This document shows, one piece after another, positions 8,078-18,262 of a stretch of 64,000 nucleotides of DNA. This DNA is from an uncultured Candidatus Saccharibacteria bacterium (GTDB lineage: Bacteria > Patescibacteriota > Minisyncoccia > Phycocordibacterales > DATDWN01). Made by a program: the position numbers and the translations under genes. Below the pieces are notes generated by a model. The model was not told where the DNA came from, made no database searches, and worked only from the letters and a program-made list of their open reading frames with translations. Numbering within the stretch: the stretch's first letter is position 1; every line of letters begins with the position of its first letter. The stretch covers positions 42,514 to 106,513 of the forward strand of contig CAZQVT010000001.1 of NCBI GenBank assembly GCA_964596875.1, written 5' to 3'.

Positions 8078-9730
8078 ATGAAATATTCACATTCAGAGTT
8101 ACTTGATAAAATAAAAGAAATTTTTCAGGGTGAAGTAAACTCTGACGTAAAAACACTAGATACATATAGTCGTGATGCTAGTTTGCTCGAGGTAAAACCG
8201 GAACTAGTTTTGTTTCCAAAAGATTCAGAAGATATTCAAAAGTTAGTTAAGTTTGTTTCCGAAAACAAGTCTGATAACCCGACACTTTCTATCACAGCAC
8301 GTTCTGCTGGAACTTGTATGTCAGGAGGCTCATTAAACGAGTCTATTATTCTAGATGTCACCAAACATATGGGTGGTATAAAGCAAGTTTCGTCTGAAGA
8401 GGCAACAGTTTTACCTGGAACTTTTTACAGAGACTTTGAAGTGGAGACTTTGAAACATGATGCGATACTGCCAAGTTATACAGCATCAAAAAACTTAAAC
8501 ACTGTGGGTGGCATGGTGGCAAACAACTCTGCAGGTGAAAAAACTTTGGCATACGGAAAAACAGAAAAATATGTAAAAGAACTAAGAGTTATTTTTGCAG
8601 ATGGTAACGAGTATGTGACAAAACCACTAAACAGAGAAGAGTTAGAAAAAAAGATGGCGCAGGGGGACTACGAGGGAAATATTTATAAAAACCTTTGGAA
8701 TCTTATACAGGAAAATGAACATGCAATAAAATACGCTAAACCAGATGTTTCTAAAAACTCTGCTGGATATTATTTGTGGAATGTTTGGGATGGAGAAACT
8801 TTTGATATCAACAAACTTATAACAGGTTCACAGGGAACACTTTGCATAATAACTGACATCAAGTTCAAACTAGTTCCTATAAAAAAGAAATCAAAATTAT
8901 TTGTTATTTTTTTGCGCAACCTAGATCATTTAAGTGAGTTGGTAAACGAAGTTCTAACAACAAACCCAGAATCTCTAGAGTCATATGACGACAGTACGAT
9001 GAAACTTGCTTTCAAGTTTTTCCCATCCATGCTTAAAACTATGAAAGTTCATAACTTTGTAAAACTAATGTTTGGATTTTTGCCAGAAGCAGGGATGATA
9101 CTAACTGGGGGAATACCAAAACTCATTTTGCTTGTAGAATTTTCTGACAATGACGAAAAAGAGATAGATAAAAAAATGTATGAACTTCAAAGAAAGATTG
9201 CTCATTTTGGTTTGAAGACTCGTATGTCACGTTCTGAAGAAGAATCTAGCAAGTACTGGACTATAAGGCGGGAGAGTTTCAACCTTTTGCGACAACACGT
9301 AAAAGGGGCGCGAACTGCGCCATTTATAGATGATGTGGTAGTAAAACCACAATATCTTCCAGAGTTTCTACCAAAGATGCGAAAAATTTTGGATGAACAC
9401 AAACTCGTTTACACCATTGCAGGGCATGCAGGAAATGGAAACTTTCATATTATCCCTCTTATGAATATGAAAGATCCTAAAAATGCAGAACTTATCCCAA
9501 TAGTTTCCGACAAAATATATAGTCTAGTAAAAGAATACCGAGGTTCTATAGATGCGGAACACAATGACGGTATTATACGTACTCCATATCTAGAGCAAAT
9601 GTTTGGTCATGAAATGGTCCAGATTTTCAAAAAAACTAAAGACATTTTTGACCCACAAAACATCTTTAACCCAGGCAAAAAGGTGGGCGGGACTAAACAA
9701 TACATGATAGACCACATTGTGAAAAACTAA
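8078..9730 (+). CDS. FAD-binding oxidoreductase (FAD-linked oxidase/GlcD-like, PCMH-type FAD domain)
   Basis: N-terminal FAD_binding_4-like region (VLFPKDSEDIQKLVKFVSENK...ARSAGTCMSGGS) and C-terminal FAD-oxidase_C-like HxxNGN..H motifs; 550 aa. Confidence 0.65.
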   Translation: MKYSHSELLDKIKEIFQGEVNSDVKTLDTYSRDASLLEVKPELVLFPKDSEDIQKLVKFVSENKSDNPTLSITARSAGTCMSGGSLNESIILDVTKHMGGIKQVSSEEATVLPGTFYRDFEVETLKHDAILPSYTASKNLNTVGGMVANNSAGEKTLAYGKTEKYVKELRVIFADGNEYVTKPLNREELEKKMAQGDYEGNIYKNLWNLIQENEHAIKYAKPDVSKNSAGYYLWNVWDGETFDINKLITGSQGTLCIITDIKFKLVPIKKKSKLFVIFLRNLDHLSELVNEVLTTNPESLESYDDSTMKLAFKFFPSMLKTMKVHNFVKLMFGFLPEAGMILTGGIPKLILLVEFSDNDEKEIDKKMYELQRKIAHFGLKTRMSRSEEESSKYWTIRRESFNLLRQHVKGARTAPFIDDVVVKPQYLPEFLPKMRKILDEHKLVYTIAGHAGNGNFHIIPLMNMKDPKNAELIPIVSDKIYSLVKEYRGSIDAEHNDGIIRTPYLEQMFGHEMVQIFKKTKDIFDPQNIFNPGKKVGGTKQYMIDHIVKN

Positions 9731-9771
9731 TAAAATCACCCCATCTGCGTTGTTGCTGTTCAATTTTGCTC

Positions 9772-9810
9772 ACTCACCTTACTATTTGTAAGGCTCGTTC
9801 TCAAAATCTC
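9772..9810 (+). repeat. R4 hairpin module CTCACCTTACtattTGTAAGGCTCGTTCTC downstream of FAD oxidoreductase
   Basis: CCTTAC/GTAAGG inverted repeat plus conserved flanks also at 927.., 25286.., 42759.., 46266.. Confidence 0.5.
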
Positions 9811-9894
9811 CAGCGCCTAGCACCTAGGGTAATTTAATTAGTTTTTAGTTTTGGAGGGGTTGATTTTATACAGTATTTAGTCTATACTAGCCGA

Positions 9895-10536
9895 ATGACA
9901 ATTTTAGAAGCTGAAATCAGAGATAAATCAGTAGACAGTGTTGCACTTAGAAACGAGGGCAAAATTCCTGCTGTTTTCTATGGTAAAAAGACAGAATCTA
10001 CTCCTATAACTCTATCTAGAAATGACTTTATTTCTGCGTGGAACAAAGAAGGTGAGTCAGGAGTTGTAACTATTAAAACATCTAAAGGAACTGTAGATAC
10101 TCTTATAAAAGATATAGATATTGACCCAGTATCTGACATGGTGAGACACGTAGATTTTTATGTATTCGAAAAAGGAAAGAAAGTTGAACTAGATGTTCCT
10201 CTAGAATTCGTGGGAGTTTCTCCAGCAGTAAAGGACCTTTCTGGAAACTTAGTTAAGGCTATGCACGAGATCAAGATTTCAGCAGATCCTACAAACATTC
10301 CTCACGAAATCACAGTAGATATTTCTTCACTTGTTGATTTTGATAGTAAAATCGTTGCAGGTGATCTAAAACTTCCTGCAGGAGTTACTCTTATTGAAAA
10401 TGCAGAAGAGGTAGTTGCAGCAGTTGCAAGACAAAAAGAAGAAACAGACGAACCTTCAGCCCCAGTTGATTTGTCTTCAATAGAGGTAGAGAAGAAGGGT
10501 AAGAAAGAGGAAGAAGGAGGAGAATCAGCAGAATAA
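9895..10536 (+). CDS. rplY: 50S ribosomal protein L25/general stress protein Ctc
   Basis: MTILEAEIRDK...LRNEGKIPAVFYGKK is classic bL25; C-terminal E/K-rich tail. Confidence 0.8.
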   Translation: MTILEAEIRDKSVDSVALRNEGKIPAVFYGKKTESTPITLSRNDFISAWNKEGESGVVTIKTSKGTVDTLIKDIDIDPVSDMVRHVDFYVFEKGKKVELDVPLEFVGVSPAVKDLSGNLVKAMHEIKISADPTNIPHEITVDISSLVDFDSKIVAGDLKLPAGVTLIENAEEVVAAVARQKEETDEPSAPVDLSSIEVEKKGKKEEEGGESAE

Positions 10537-10607
10537 TTACAAAAAGTCCCCGCAAGGGGATTTTTTGTAAGTAAGGTTATGAATTCCCGTCTAAAAATAG
10601 TATAATA

Positions 10608-11981
10608 ATGAGCATGCTTAAACGGTTATTTTTCTATGCATTTTTTGTTTTAGTTTGTGTTTTTGGCATGCATACTGTAAAAGTTGCGGCTATTACTCCT
10701 GAAGAACAAGAAGCAATTTGGAAGGCTGAACTGGCGCAGACAGAGGCCGACATAGCTAAATGGCAGGATATTCTAAATGGCACAAAAGCCAATACAAAGT
10801 CTCTTCAAAATGAGGCTGCAATACTGAACGCTAAAATAAAACAAGCTCAGGCAACTATCAAACAAAAAACCATTAATATTGAACAGATAGGTAAACAGAT
10901 AAAAGATAAACAGAAGACAATTTTAAGTTTGGAACAGCGAATAGAAAAAGGTCATGAATCCCTAGCGCAACTAATAAGGAAAACAAATGAGATAGACGAG
11001 TATTCCCTTCCAGAAGTGATACTTGGAAACCAAGATATTTCAGAATTTTTTTCAGATGTAGATTCATTTCAGTCAATAAAAAAAGATTTACAAGTTTTGT
11101 TTAATGAAATACGCGATAATAAAAAAACAACAGAAAAAGAAAAAGAAGCACTAGATAAGGCGCAGGATAAAGAAGAGGATACAAAAGCTGCCGTAGAGTC
11201 ACAAAAAAAAGAAGTAGAGAAAAATGAAAAGGAGAAACAGTATCTAATACAGGTAAATAAAACACAAGAAAAAACATACGAGCAGGTTATATCTGAAAGA
11301 CAAAAGAAAGCCGGGGAAATACGGGCAAAATTGTTTAACTTTGCTGGTGGTGCCGGACCAATACCTTTTGGTGATGCAGTGGCTTATGCACAAGAAGCGT
11401 CTGTTGTAACTGGAGTTAGACCTGCACTAATACTTGCTACTCTGAAGCATGAAACTAATCTAGGTCAAAATATTGGTTCTTGTATTATTACTAATCTTGA
11501 GACTGGTGATGGAATATTTTCAAAAACTCAGAAGCCTGTTAAGGGTATCGTAAAGGCTGACAGAGACATTGCTCCTTTTCTAGATATCACATCTAGACTT
11601 GGTTTAGACTATGCGAAAACTATAGTTTCTTGTCCGATTGCTGGAGGTGGTTGGGGTGGAGGAATGGGACCTTCGCAGTTTCAACCATCTACTTGGATAG
11701 GTATTGAATCCAGAGTCGCAAACATGCTAGGTGTTAGTATTGCTAACCCATTTAGACCAAAAGATGCTATTTTTGCTACGGCACTATTTTTGAAAGATTT
11801 GGGCGCTGGTACCCAGGTGTATTCTGACGAACAAAATGCGGCTTGTAGGTACAACTCTGGAAGAAAATGCGCACAAGCACCGGCATTTAGTAAGGCCTAC
11901 GGTAAAAACATAATGAGTTTGGCATCTGGTATTCAGGCAGATATAGACTACATAGCTCAGTACGGAGTTTCCAGAAGATAA
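10608..11981 (+). CDS. secreted coiled-coil protein with C-terminal lytic-transglycosylase-like (SLT_2/MltB-like) domain
   Basis: N-terminal signal/TM, long heptad-rich region, C-terminal GGGMGPSQFQPSTW resembling the MltB AMGPMQFMP motif. Confidence 0.45.
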   Translation: MSMLKRLFFYAFFVLVCVFGMHTVKVAAITPEEQEAIWKAELAQTEADIAKWQDILNGTKANTKSLQNEAAILNAKIKQAQATIKQKTINIEQIGKQIKDKQKTILSLEQRIEKGHESLAQLIRKTNEIDEYSLPEVILGNQDISEFFSDVDSFQSIKKDLQVLFNEIRDNKKTTEKEKEALDKAQDKEEDTKAAVESQKKEVEKNEKEKQYLIQVNKTQEKTYEQVISERQKKAGEIRAKLFNFAGGAGPIPFGDAVAYAQEASVVTGVRPALILATLKHETNLGQNIGSCIITNLETGDGIFSKTQKPVKGIVKADRDIAPFLDITSRLGLDYAKTIVSCPIAGGGWGGGMGPSQFQPSTWIGIESRVANMLGVSIANPFRPKDAIFATALFLKDLGAGTQVYSDEQNAACRYNSGRKCAQAPAFSKAYGKNIMSLASGIQADIDYIAQYGVSRR

Positions 11982-11986
11982 ACTTT

Positions 11987-13201
11987 GTGTTATTTGTGTT
12001 GGATTTATGTTTAAATATACCTATGGATTTTAGTTTTACTAGTATTTGGTATTATTTTATTATTTTACCGATAATAGTTTTCTTCGCTAAGTTTTTCTAC
12101 GAAAGAGCGCCTTTTTATCAAAAGATATTAAAGGAAGAGGAGAGTGGCAGGTTTTCTAACCTAGATGGTCTTAGAGGTCTGCTCGCAGTCAATGTGTTTT
12201 TTCAGCATGCGATGACTAGTTATTTTTATTTTCAAACTGGAGTTTGGGAAATAGTAACTATTAGATTTTACAGACATTTGGGAGGTGAAGCCGTCATACT
12301 CTTTCTTATTATGACTAGTTTTTTATACTGGTCTAAAATGATTGCTCAGAAAGGTGAAGTAGATGAGGGATATTTGTATAGAAGTAGGTTTTTGCGTTTG
12401 GCACCAATGTATATTTTCTGTGCAGGAATAATAGTTTTTTCTATTTTAATACAGTCGCATTTCAATATTGACTATAAACAAACGTCAAAAGATATTTTGT
12501 CTTGGCTTACTGTTGGTCTCATAACTACTCAGTCGGTAAATAACTTTTCTGTCTTGCCGATAAACGCTGGTATCCACTGGACCCTACACTTTGAGTGGTT
12601 TTTCTATTTGATGTTGCCTATACTTGCAGTTTTCTTGAGAAATAGAAATATGTGGGTGCTTTCTTTGCCACTTGTTTTCTATGCGCTTTCATCTGCAGAT
12701 CGAGGATACTGGGCAATATTTTTCTTTGGGATTATGGCAGCGCATATATATGATAAATGGAAAAGTTTTGATTTTTTCAAAACAAAAATTTCTGGAATAC
12801 TGCCTATTTTGGGAATAGTCGCAATATATTTCCTGGGTTATAAACCATACTCTTTCATACAGTACGGGGTTTCTTTGGGAGTTTTTATGTGTTTTGTATA
12901 CGGTACTGACTTGTTCGGTTTTCTAAATAGTAAAGTGGCTAAATTTTTAGGAACCCTGAGTTACAGCATCTACCTTATTCACGGTATTGTTTTGTTTGGA
13001 GTCTTGAACTCTGTAGATTATTTTGTGCCAATAACAACATTAAATCCGCTTGTATTTTGGTTTATTATTGCGATGGCCGGTCTCTTTACTGTGGTCATTT
13101 CGGCTGTTACATATAGGCACATAGAGTATCCATTTATAAAAATGATCAAACTAGGCAAAAGAGATACAGCAAAGACCGAACTAGCTCAAAAAGTAATGTA
13201 A
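11987..13201 (+). CDS. membrane acyltransferase family 3 (OafA-like)
   Basis: ~10 TM segments; NLDGLRGLLAVNVFFQH matches acyltransferase_3 N-terminal motif; true start may be ATG 12029. Confidence 0.6.
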   Translation: MLFVLDLCLNIPMDFSFTSIWYYFIILPIIVFFAKFFYERAPFYQKILKEEESGRFSNLDGLRGLLAVNVFFQHAMTSYFYFQTGVWEIVTIRFYRHLGGEAVILFLIMTSFLYWSKMIAQKGEVDEGYLYRSRFLRLAPMYIFCAGIIVFSILIQSHFNIDYKQTSKDILSWLTVGLITTQSVNNFSVLPINAGIHWTLHFEWFFYLMLPILAVFLRNRNMWVLSLPLVFYALSSADRGYWAIFFFGIMAAHIYDKWKSFDFFKTKISGILPILGIVAIYFLGYKPYSFIQYGVSLGVFMCFVYGTDLFGFLNSKVAKFLGTLSYSIYLIHGIVLFGVLNSVDYFVPITTLNPLVFWFIIAMAGLFTVVISAVTYRHIEYPFIKMIKLGKRDTAKTELAQKVM

Positions 13202-13241
13202 GGTTGCCAAACGCAGGACTTTTTGGTAAGGTAGTGAGGCA

Positions 13242-13511
13242 ATGAAAAAAGAAATTCACCCACAAAACTATAGACCAGTGCTATTTATCGACAACTCAAA
13301 TGGCGCTGAATTTATCATATCTTCTACTGTAAACTCTACAGAAAAAGGTAAGGCAAAAGACGGAAAGGAATACCCTATATACAGACTTGAAATCTCAAGT
13401 TCTTCACACCCTTTTTATACTGGAAACGAAAAGATCATGGACACTGCTGGAAGAGTGGAAAGATTCAAGAACAAGATGGCGGCATCTAAAGCAAAGAAAG
13501 CTGCAAAATAA
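13242..13511 (+). CDS. rpmE: 50S ribosomal protein L31
   Basis: MKKEIHPQNYRPV...HPFYTG; 89 aa. Confidence 0.8.
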   Translation: MKKEIHPQNYRPVLFIDNSNGAEFIISSTVNSTEKGKAKDGKEYPIYRLEISSSSHPFYTGNEKIMDTAGRVERFKNKMAASKAKKAAK

Positions 13512-13562
13512 CTACTTTACAAAAAGGCGAGTTCTACTCGCTTTTTTGCTATACTAAACATT

Positions 13563-14540
13563 ATGGATTTGGAAAAATTTTTAAACAACCCTAAAACTTC
13601 TTATCTTGCAGATAGTTACAAGAGATTGGAAAAAGAAGAGGAGTCTACTCGCAAAATGATAGAGTCTGACCCTGCTTTGGCAGAACTAGCTACATCTGAA
13701 CTAGAGTCTTTGACCTTGCAGAAAAACGAGATTATGAAGCAGATGGAAGAGATAATAAAAGAGGAGGAAAAAGAAGAAGAGTTCCCAAACGAGATTATTC
13801 TAGAAGTTCGTGCTGGTGCAGGTGGGGAAGAAGCATCTATTTTTGCAGAAGAATTGGCACATATGTATACCAGATATGCCGAAAATAACGGCTGGGGAGT
13901 TACACCTATAGATGAGTCTCTAAGTAGTGTGGGTGGGTATAAAGAAGCTTCTTTTGAAATACGAGGAAAGGATGTTTATAAAAAGCTTCGTTTTGAAACT
14001 GGAGTACACCGAGTCCAAAGAGTTCCTGCTACAGAAAAAATGGGTAGAGTTCATACATCTACTGCAACTGTCGCTGTACTTCCTGTGAGAAAAAAGACAA
14101 CTATAGAAATAAAACCAAGTGACCTTGAAATAGAAACAAGTCGTTCTGGTGGGGCTGGTGGTCAAAACGTTAACAAAGTTGAAACTGCGGTGAGGATTAT
14201 TCACAAACCAACAGGTATCGATGTTCGCTCAACTTCGCAACGAAGTCAGCTTAAAAACCGCGAGGCGGCTATGTCTATTTTGACTGCAAAACTTCAAATG
14301 CTAAAAGACGAAGAGGAGGCAGCAAAATACTCTGCCGACAGAAAGTCTCAGGTGGGTACCGCAGACAGGTCAGAAAAGATCAGAACATATAATATTCTTC
14401 AGGACCGTATTACTGACCACCGTATAAGGCAAAATTGGCACAATATTGAGAAGATTTTGGCTGGGGGAATAGATCCTATAGTTGAAGCCATGGCTAACTT
14501 TGATGGTAATTCTGCGGACGGAGGAGAGGACGAAGAGTAG
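13563..14540 (+). CDS. prfA: peptide chain release factor 1
   Basis: GGQ motif ([18 protein letters not shown]) and PAT tripeptide (RF1-type); 325 aa. Confidence 0.85.
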   Translation: MDLEKFLNNPKTSYLADSYKRLEKEEESTRKMIESDPALAELATSELESLTLQKNEIMKQMEEIIKEEEKEEEFPNEIILEVRAGAGGEEASIFAEELAHMYTRYAENNGWGVTPIDESLSSVGGYKEASFEIRGKDVYKKLRFETGVHRVQRVPATEKMGRVHTSTATVAVLPVRKKTTIEIKPSDLEIETSRSGGAGGQNVNKVETAVRIIHKPTGIDVRSTSQRSQLKNREAAMSILTAKLQMLKDEEEAAKYSADRKSQVGTADRSEKIRTYNILQDRITDHRIRQNWHNIEKILAGGIDPIVEAMANFDGNSADGGEDEE

Positions 14541-14591
14541 GCCCTAGAGGGTTGCGTAAAGTCGCCCTTTCTGTTAAGATAATCCCCACGT

Positions 14592-15320
14592 ATGACAAAA
14601 ACAAGTAATTCTACAAATACAGGAGAAGGCCTAGTTGAAGGTCTATTTTCTGCAGGTGCGCATTTCGGTTTCATTAAATCTAGAAGACATCCAAGTACAA
14701 AACCTTTTATCTTTGGAGTAAAAAACAATATTGAAATATTTGATCTAGAGAAAACAAAGGATTCTCTAAACGAGGCTCTTTCTTTTGTATCAGAACTTGG
14801 TTCAAAAAGTGCAAATATTCTTTTCATAAGTGGTAAAAGTGAGGCAAAGGCTGCTGTAACTTCTGTTGCAGAGTCTATCAACATGCCTTACGTAGCCGGA
14901 AGATTTATCGGAGGTACTCTTAGTAACTTTCCTGAAATAAAGAAAAGAGTAGACAAACTAGAGTCTTGGGTTTCTCAAAAAGAAAAAGGAGAACTAGTAA
15001 AATACACTAAAAAAGAAAGACTACTTATCGATAGAGAGATTGAAAAACTACGAAACTTCTTTTTCGGTCTTTCAGTTATGAAAAGACTTCCTGACGCAGT
15101 GTTTATAGTAGATAGTAAAAAAGAACACATCGCTCTAAAGGAGGCAAAAACTATGGGTATCCCTGTTATTGCCCTTTGTGGAACAGATAACAACCTAAAT
15201 GATGTAGATTTCCCAATTCCTGGAAATGATTCTTCAAAAACAAGTATTGAATTTTTCCTAAAGAAAGTTGCTGAAAGTTACAAAGAAGGACAGTTGAAAA
15301 AAGGTACTCCTACTGTATAA
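14592..15320 (+). CDS. rpsB: 30S ribosomal protein S2
   Basis: LFSAGAHFGFIKSRRHPSTKPFIFG...classic uS2; promoter ttgcgt-17-taagat upstream. Confidence 0.9.
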   Translation: MTKTSNSTNTGEGLVEGLFSAGAHFGFIKSRRHPSTKPFIFGVKNNIEIFDLEKTKDSLNEALSFVSELGSKSANILFISGKSEAKAAVTSVAESINMPYVAGRFIGGTLSNFPEIKKRVDKLESWVSQKEKGELVKYTKKERLLIDREIEKLRNFFFGLSVMKRLPDAVFIVDSKKEHIALKEAKTMGIPVIALCGTDNNLNDVDFPIPGNDSSKTSIEFFLKKVAESYKEGQLKKGTPTV

Positions 15321-15362
15321 TTATAGGTTGGTGAGGTATTATTCTTTATATTCATTTTTTCT

Positions 15363-15950
15363 ATGCAAATTACAACAGAGTTAGTAAAAGAACTAAGAGA
15401 TAAAACTGGTGTTTCTGTGATGCAATGTAAAAAAGCACTAGAGGAAACTGGTGGTGATATGGAAAAGGCAACAGTTCTACTTTTGAAAAAAAGTGCGGAC
15501 ATTGCTTCTAAAAAGAGTGACAGAACATTGGGAGCTGGTTTTGTTGCTACATATGTACACTCTACTGGAAACGTAGGGGTTATGCTTGAACTACTATGTG
15601 AGACAGATTTCGTTGCTAAAAACGAAGAATTTAAGGCTTTGGCACGAGATATCGCAATGCACGCTACGGCTACAAACCCACAGTTTCTAAAAACTGAAGA
15701 CATAGACCAACACGCAAACGATCTTGCAAAAGAAATGTTTATGAAAGAAGTGGAGGGTAAACCAGAAGATATGAAGGCAAAAATCCTTGAAGGAAAACTT
15801 GCTTCATACTGGAGTGAAAGAGTTTTGCTAGATCAGTCATTTATTAAAAATCCTGACGTTACGATAAAAAACCTTTTGGAGTCTGCAACACAGAAATTCG
15901 GAGAAAAAATCGAGCTATCTCGCTTTGTGAGATACTCTGTTACTCAATAA
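15363..15950 (+). CDS. tsf: elongation factor Ts
   Basis: ITTELVKELRDKTGVSVMQCKKALEETGGDMEKA UBA-like N-terminus of EF-Ts; rpsB-tsf gene order. Confidence 0.85.
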   Translation: MQITTELVKELRDKTGVSVMQCKKALEETGGDMEKATVLLLKKSADIASKKSDRTLGAGFVATYVHSTGNVGVMLELLCETDFVAKNEEFKALARDIAMHATATNPQFLKTEDIDQHANDLAKEMFMKEVEGKPEDMKAKILEGKLASYWSERVLLDQSFIKNPDVTIKNLLESATQKFGEKIELSRFVRYSVTQ

Positions 15951-15959
15951 TTTCTATAT

Positions 15960-16319
15960 ATGGAAACTATATTATTCATAGGTTCTTTTGTGGGGCTAAG
16001 TATTTTGGTTCTACTAAGAGCTGTTGAAAATAAGATCGGAAAAATTGCTTTTCTGGAAAAAGTTTATTTATCATCGGATGTGAAAATAAACTCATTTATA
16101 GATGGAGCAATAATGCGTTATAACTACTACAAAAAAGTAGCGCAGATTTTTGTATTTGATTTTCTACCATCACTTTTATATGAGGTTTTGGTGAAGTCAA
16201 AGGACTACGTTGCAAAGCGATACTACAATGCTGGCAACGAGTTCAGAGGACGAAGACTATTGCGAAATGATGGTTCAGTCTCAAACTTCCTAGAGAGGCT
16301 TTCAGAGGATACTAAATAA
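15960..16319 (+). CDS. hypothetical protein with N-terminal TM segment
   Basis: 119-aa ORF following tsf; no recognizable family. Confidence 0.35.
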   Translation: METILFIGSFVGLSILVLLRAVENKIGKIAFLEKVYLSSDVKINSFIDGAIMRYNYYKKVAQIFVFDFLPSLLYEVLVKSKDYVAKRYYNAGNEFRGRRLLRNDGSVSNFLERLSEDTK

Positions 16320-16321
16320 AA

Positions 16322-16352
16322 AACACCCCAAACTTGGGGTGTTTTTTATTTC
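16322..16352. terminator. bidirectional rho-independent terminator AAAACACCCCAAacttGGGGTGTTTTTTATTT
   Basis: perfect 8-bp GC-rich stem flanked by A-run and T-run. Confidence 0.7.
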
Positions 16353-16473
16353 TTGAGCCACCTTGTCTCCTGGGAAACCCACGGTTTTCCCAATCCTTCC
16401 TCCACGGGAAACTCCCGTTTCCCGACCCCTTCCCTCTGACAGGAAAAAACTCACACTGCGTGTGAGTTTTTTT

Positions 16474-16548
16474 GGAGCCACCTGTCAGGCTTGAACTGAC
16501 GACCTGCTGTTTACAAAACAGCTGCTCTACCAACTGAGCTAAGGTGGC
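16474..16548 (-). tRNA. tRNA-Thr (anticodon UGU)
   Basis: rc reads GCCACCT-TA-GCTC-AGTTGGTA-GAGC-A-GCTGT-TTTGTAA-ACAGC-AGGTC-GTCAG-TTCAAGC-CTGAC-AGGTGGC-TCCA; all four stems pair, encoded CCA. Confidence 0.8.
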
Positions 16549-16611
16549 AAAATTTAACCCTATAAATTTAGCATTATTGGGAATAAATTTCAACTGTAGT
16601 ATCATACCTAT

Positions 16612-17457
16612 ATGAAGATTTATATACTTGGAGCATCGGGTTTTATGGGTACTGGGATGTCTGAATATTTAATAGAAAAAGGACATACAGTTTTTACTGA
16701 AAGGGTAGACATAACAGATATGGCATCTTTGCGAAAAGCATTTTCTGAAACAAAACCTGAGGTCGTAATAAACTTTGCCGGGGTAAGAACAGTGCCGAAT
16801 GTAGACTGGTGTGAAGACAATAAACTTGAGACAGTTCGAGTAAATGTTTCTGGTGCTATAAATGCCATGTCAGCGGCGATAGAGGTGGGGGCATATCCAA
16901 TACAAGTTTCCTCTGGATGTGTTTATTCTGGGGATGAAAGTCATGCTTTTACAGAAGAAGACTCTCCAAACTTTTATGGAAGTTTTTACTCTAGAATGCG
17001 TATTGTTTTGGAAAACTCTCTCAAAGAACTACCTGTTTTGTATTTAAGACTGCGAATGCCGATCTCTTATAAATCGCATCCTAGAAATACGATAAATAAA
17101 ATAATCTCTTATTCAAAAGTCATCTCTGTGCCAAACTCGGTTACTTTGGTAGAGGACATGTATCCAGCGATTGAACATCTAATAAACGTCAAATATTTTG
17201 GGGTCTTAAACCTTACAAATGAAGGATATGTTACACACGGACAAATACTGGAAGCATATAAAAAATACGTAAAACCAGATCACGTTTTTGAGCTTATAAC
17301 GCCTAAAGAACTTGAAGAGAAGGTGACAAAAACAGGTAGAAGTAACTGTGTGCTTTCTACAGAAAAAGCAAAAGGTTTGGGCGTCGTTATGTCTGCGATA
17401 GATGACAAAAAACTAGAACAAATAATGCTTTCAATGAAAACTAATTTGCCTTTGTAG
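16612..17457 (+). CDS. NAD(P)-dependent sugar epimerase/reductase (RmlD/dTDP-4-dehydrorhamnose reductase-like)
   Basis: MKIYILGASGFMG Rossmann N-terminus, ~281 aa, YxxxK-type short-chain fold. Confidence 0.55.
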   Translation: MKIYILGASGFMGTGMSEYLIEKGHTVFTERVDITDMASLRKAFSETKPEVVINFAGVRTVPNVDWCEDNKLETVRVNVSGAINAMSAAIEVGAYPIQVSSGCVYSGDESHAFTEEDSPNFYGSFYSRMRIVLENSLKELPVLYLRLRMPISYKSHPRNTINKIISYSKVISVPNSVTLVEDMYPAIEHLINVKYFGVLNLTNEGYVTHGQILEAYKKYVKPDHVFELITPKELEEKVTKTGRSNCVLSTEKAKGLGVVMSAIDDKKLEQIMLSMKTNLPL

Positions 17458-18130
17458 TAGTTGCTTTTTCTGATTTTGGCTTTAGTTTCGCCAGTTCAGG
17501 AACAACTTTTTCGATATCTTCTATACTCTGGAATCCATAGTATACTTTGTCCTTTATAACAATTGCAGGAAGTTCGTTTTTTACTTTGTTTATAGATATT
17601 AGAGTCTGCACTGCAGATATATCCATGTTGTAGTCAAAAGAGTAAACTCGTAGATCTGGATATGTCTCTCTCAGTTTCGTTAGAACAAAACCTTCTTTCT
17701 GACAGTCTTTGCAACTATCATTGTTTGAATAAAAGTAAATTATTGAAATAGGAGTTTTTTTACATTTCTCACTTATTTTGTTCATCAAAAGGTAGTCTTT
17801 GATTTCTAGTAGGGAGTAGTATCTTTTTAGAGTTTGCACCTCTGGGTCTTCTGTACCTCTCTGGTTTTCTGTGTATGTAAGTTTTGCTTCTAGGTTCCCT
17901 AACTCGTTCGAAAGAGATCCAGAGTCTATGTCTTTACATGAAGATTGCTCAAGAAGAGAAAACTGTGTTTCAGAAGACAAAATGTCTATAGATATTTTGT
18001 CCTGGATGTTTCTTATTTCATCTAGTTTTTTTTCTCCGAAATAATTACTTAGGTAAATAGCCGTAGCAAAAATTATTGCAGTAAGTACAAAAGAAAAGAC
18101 GTATTTTCTGTAGTCTATTTTGTTGTTCAT
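17441..18130 (-). CDS. membrane-anchored thioredoxin-fold protein (CxxC)
   Basis: N-terminal TM helix, CKDC motif followed by thioredoxin-like beta-alpha pattern; 17-nt overlap with convergent upstream gene. Confidence 0.4.
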   Translation of the reverse strand: MNNKIDYRKYVFSFVLTAIIFATAIYLSNYFGEKKLDEIRNIQDKISIDILSSETQFSLLEQSSCKDIDSGSLSNELGNLEAKLTYTENQRGTEDPEVQTLKRYYSLLEIKDYLLMNKISEKCKKTPISIIYFYSNNDSCKDCQKEGFVLTKLRETYPDLRVYSFDYNMDISAVQTLISINKVKNELPAIVIKDKVYYGFQSIEDIEKVVPELAKLKPKSEKATTTKAN

Positions 18131-18262
18131 AAATTTTTTTAAAATTAACTAAATTGCTTCAGATGCTAGGCGGACGAGGAAAATATGACGAGCCTTATTG
18201 GGTATAAGGTGAGGAATATTTTACCGAAGTCCAACAACGCAGATGAGGTGATTTTGTTGATT

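Noticed and set aside
16353-16378. tRNA-Thr 3'-end-like fragment GAGCCACCTTGTC as an att site of an integrated element
   Set aside because: Only ~100 nt separates it from the tRNA, and no integrase or cargo is present; the similarity is short (13/14 nt).
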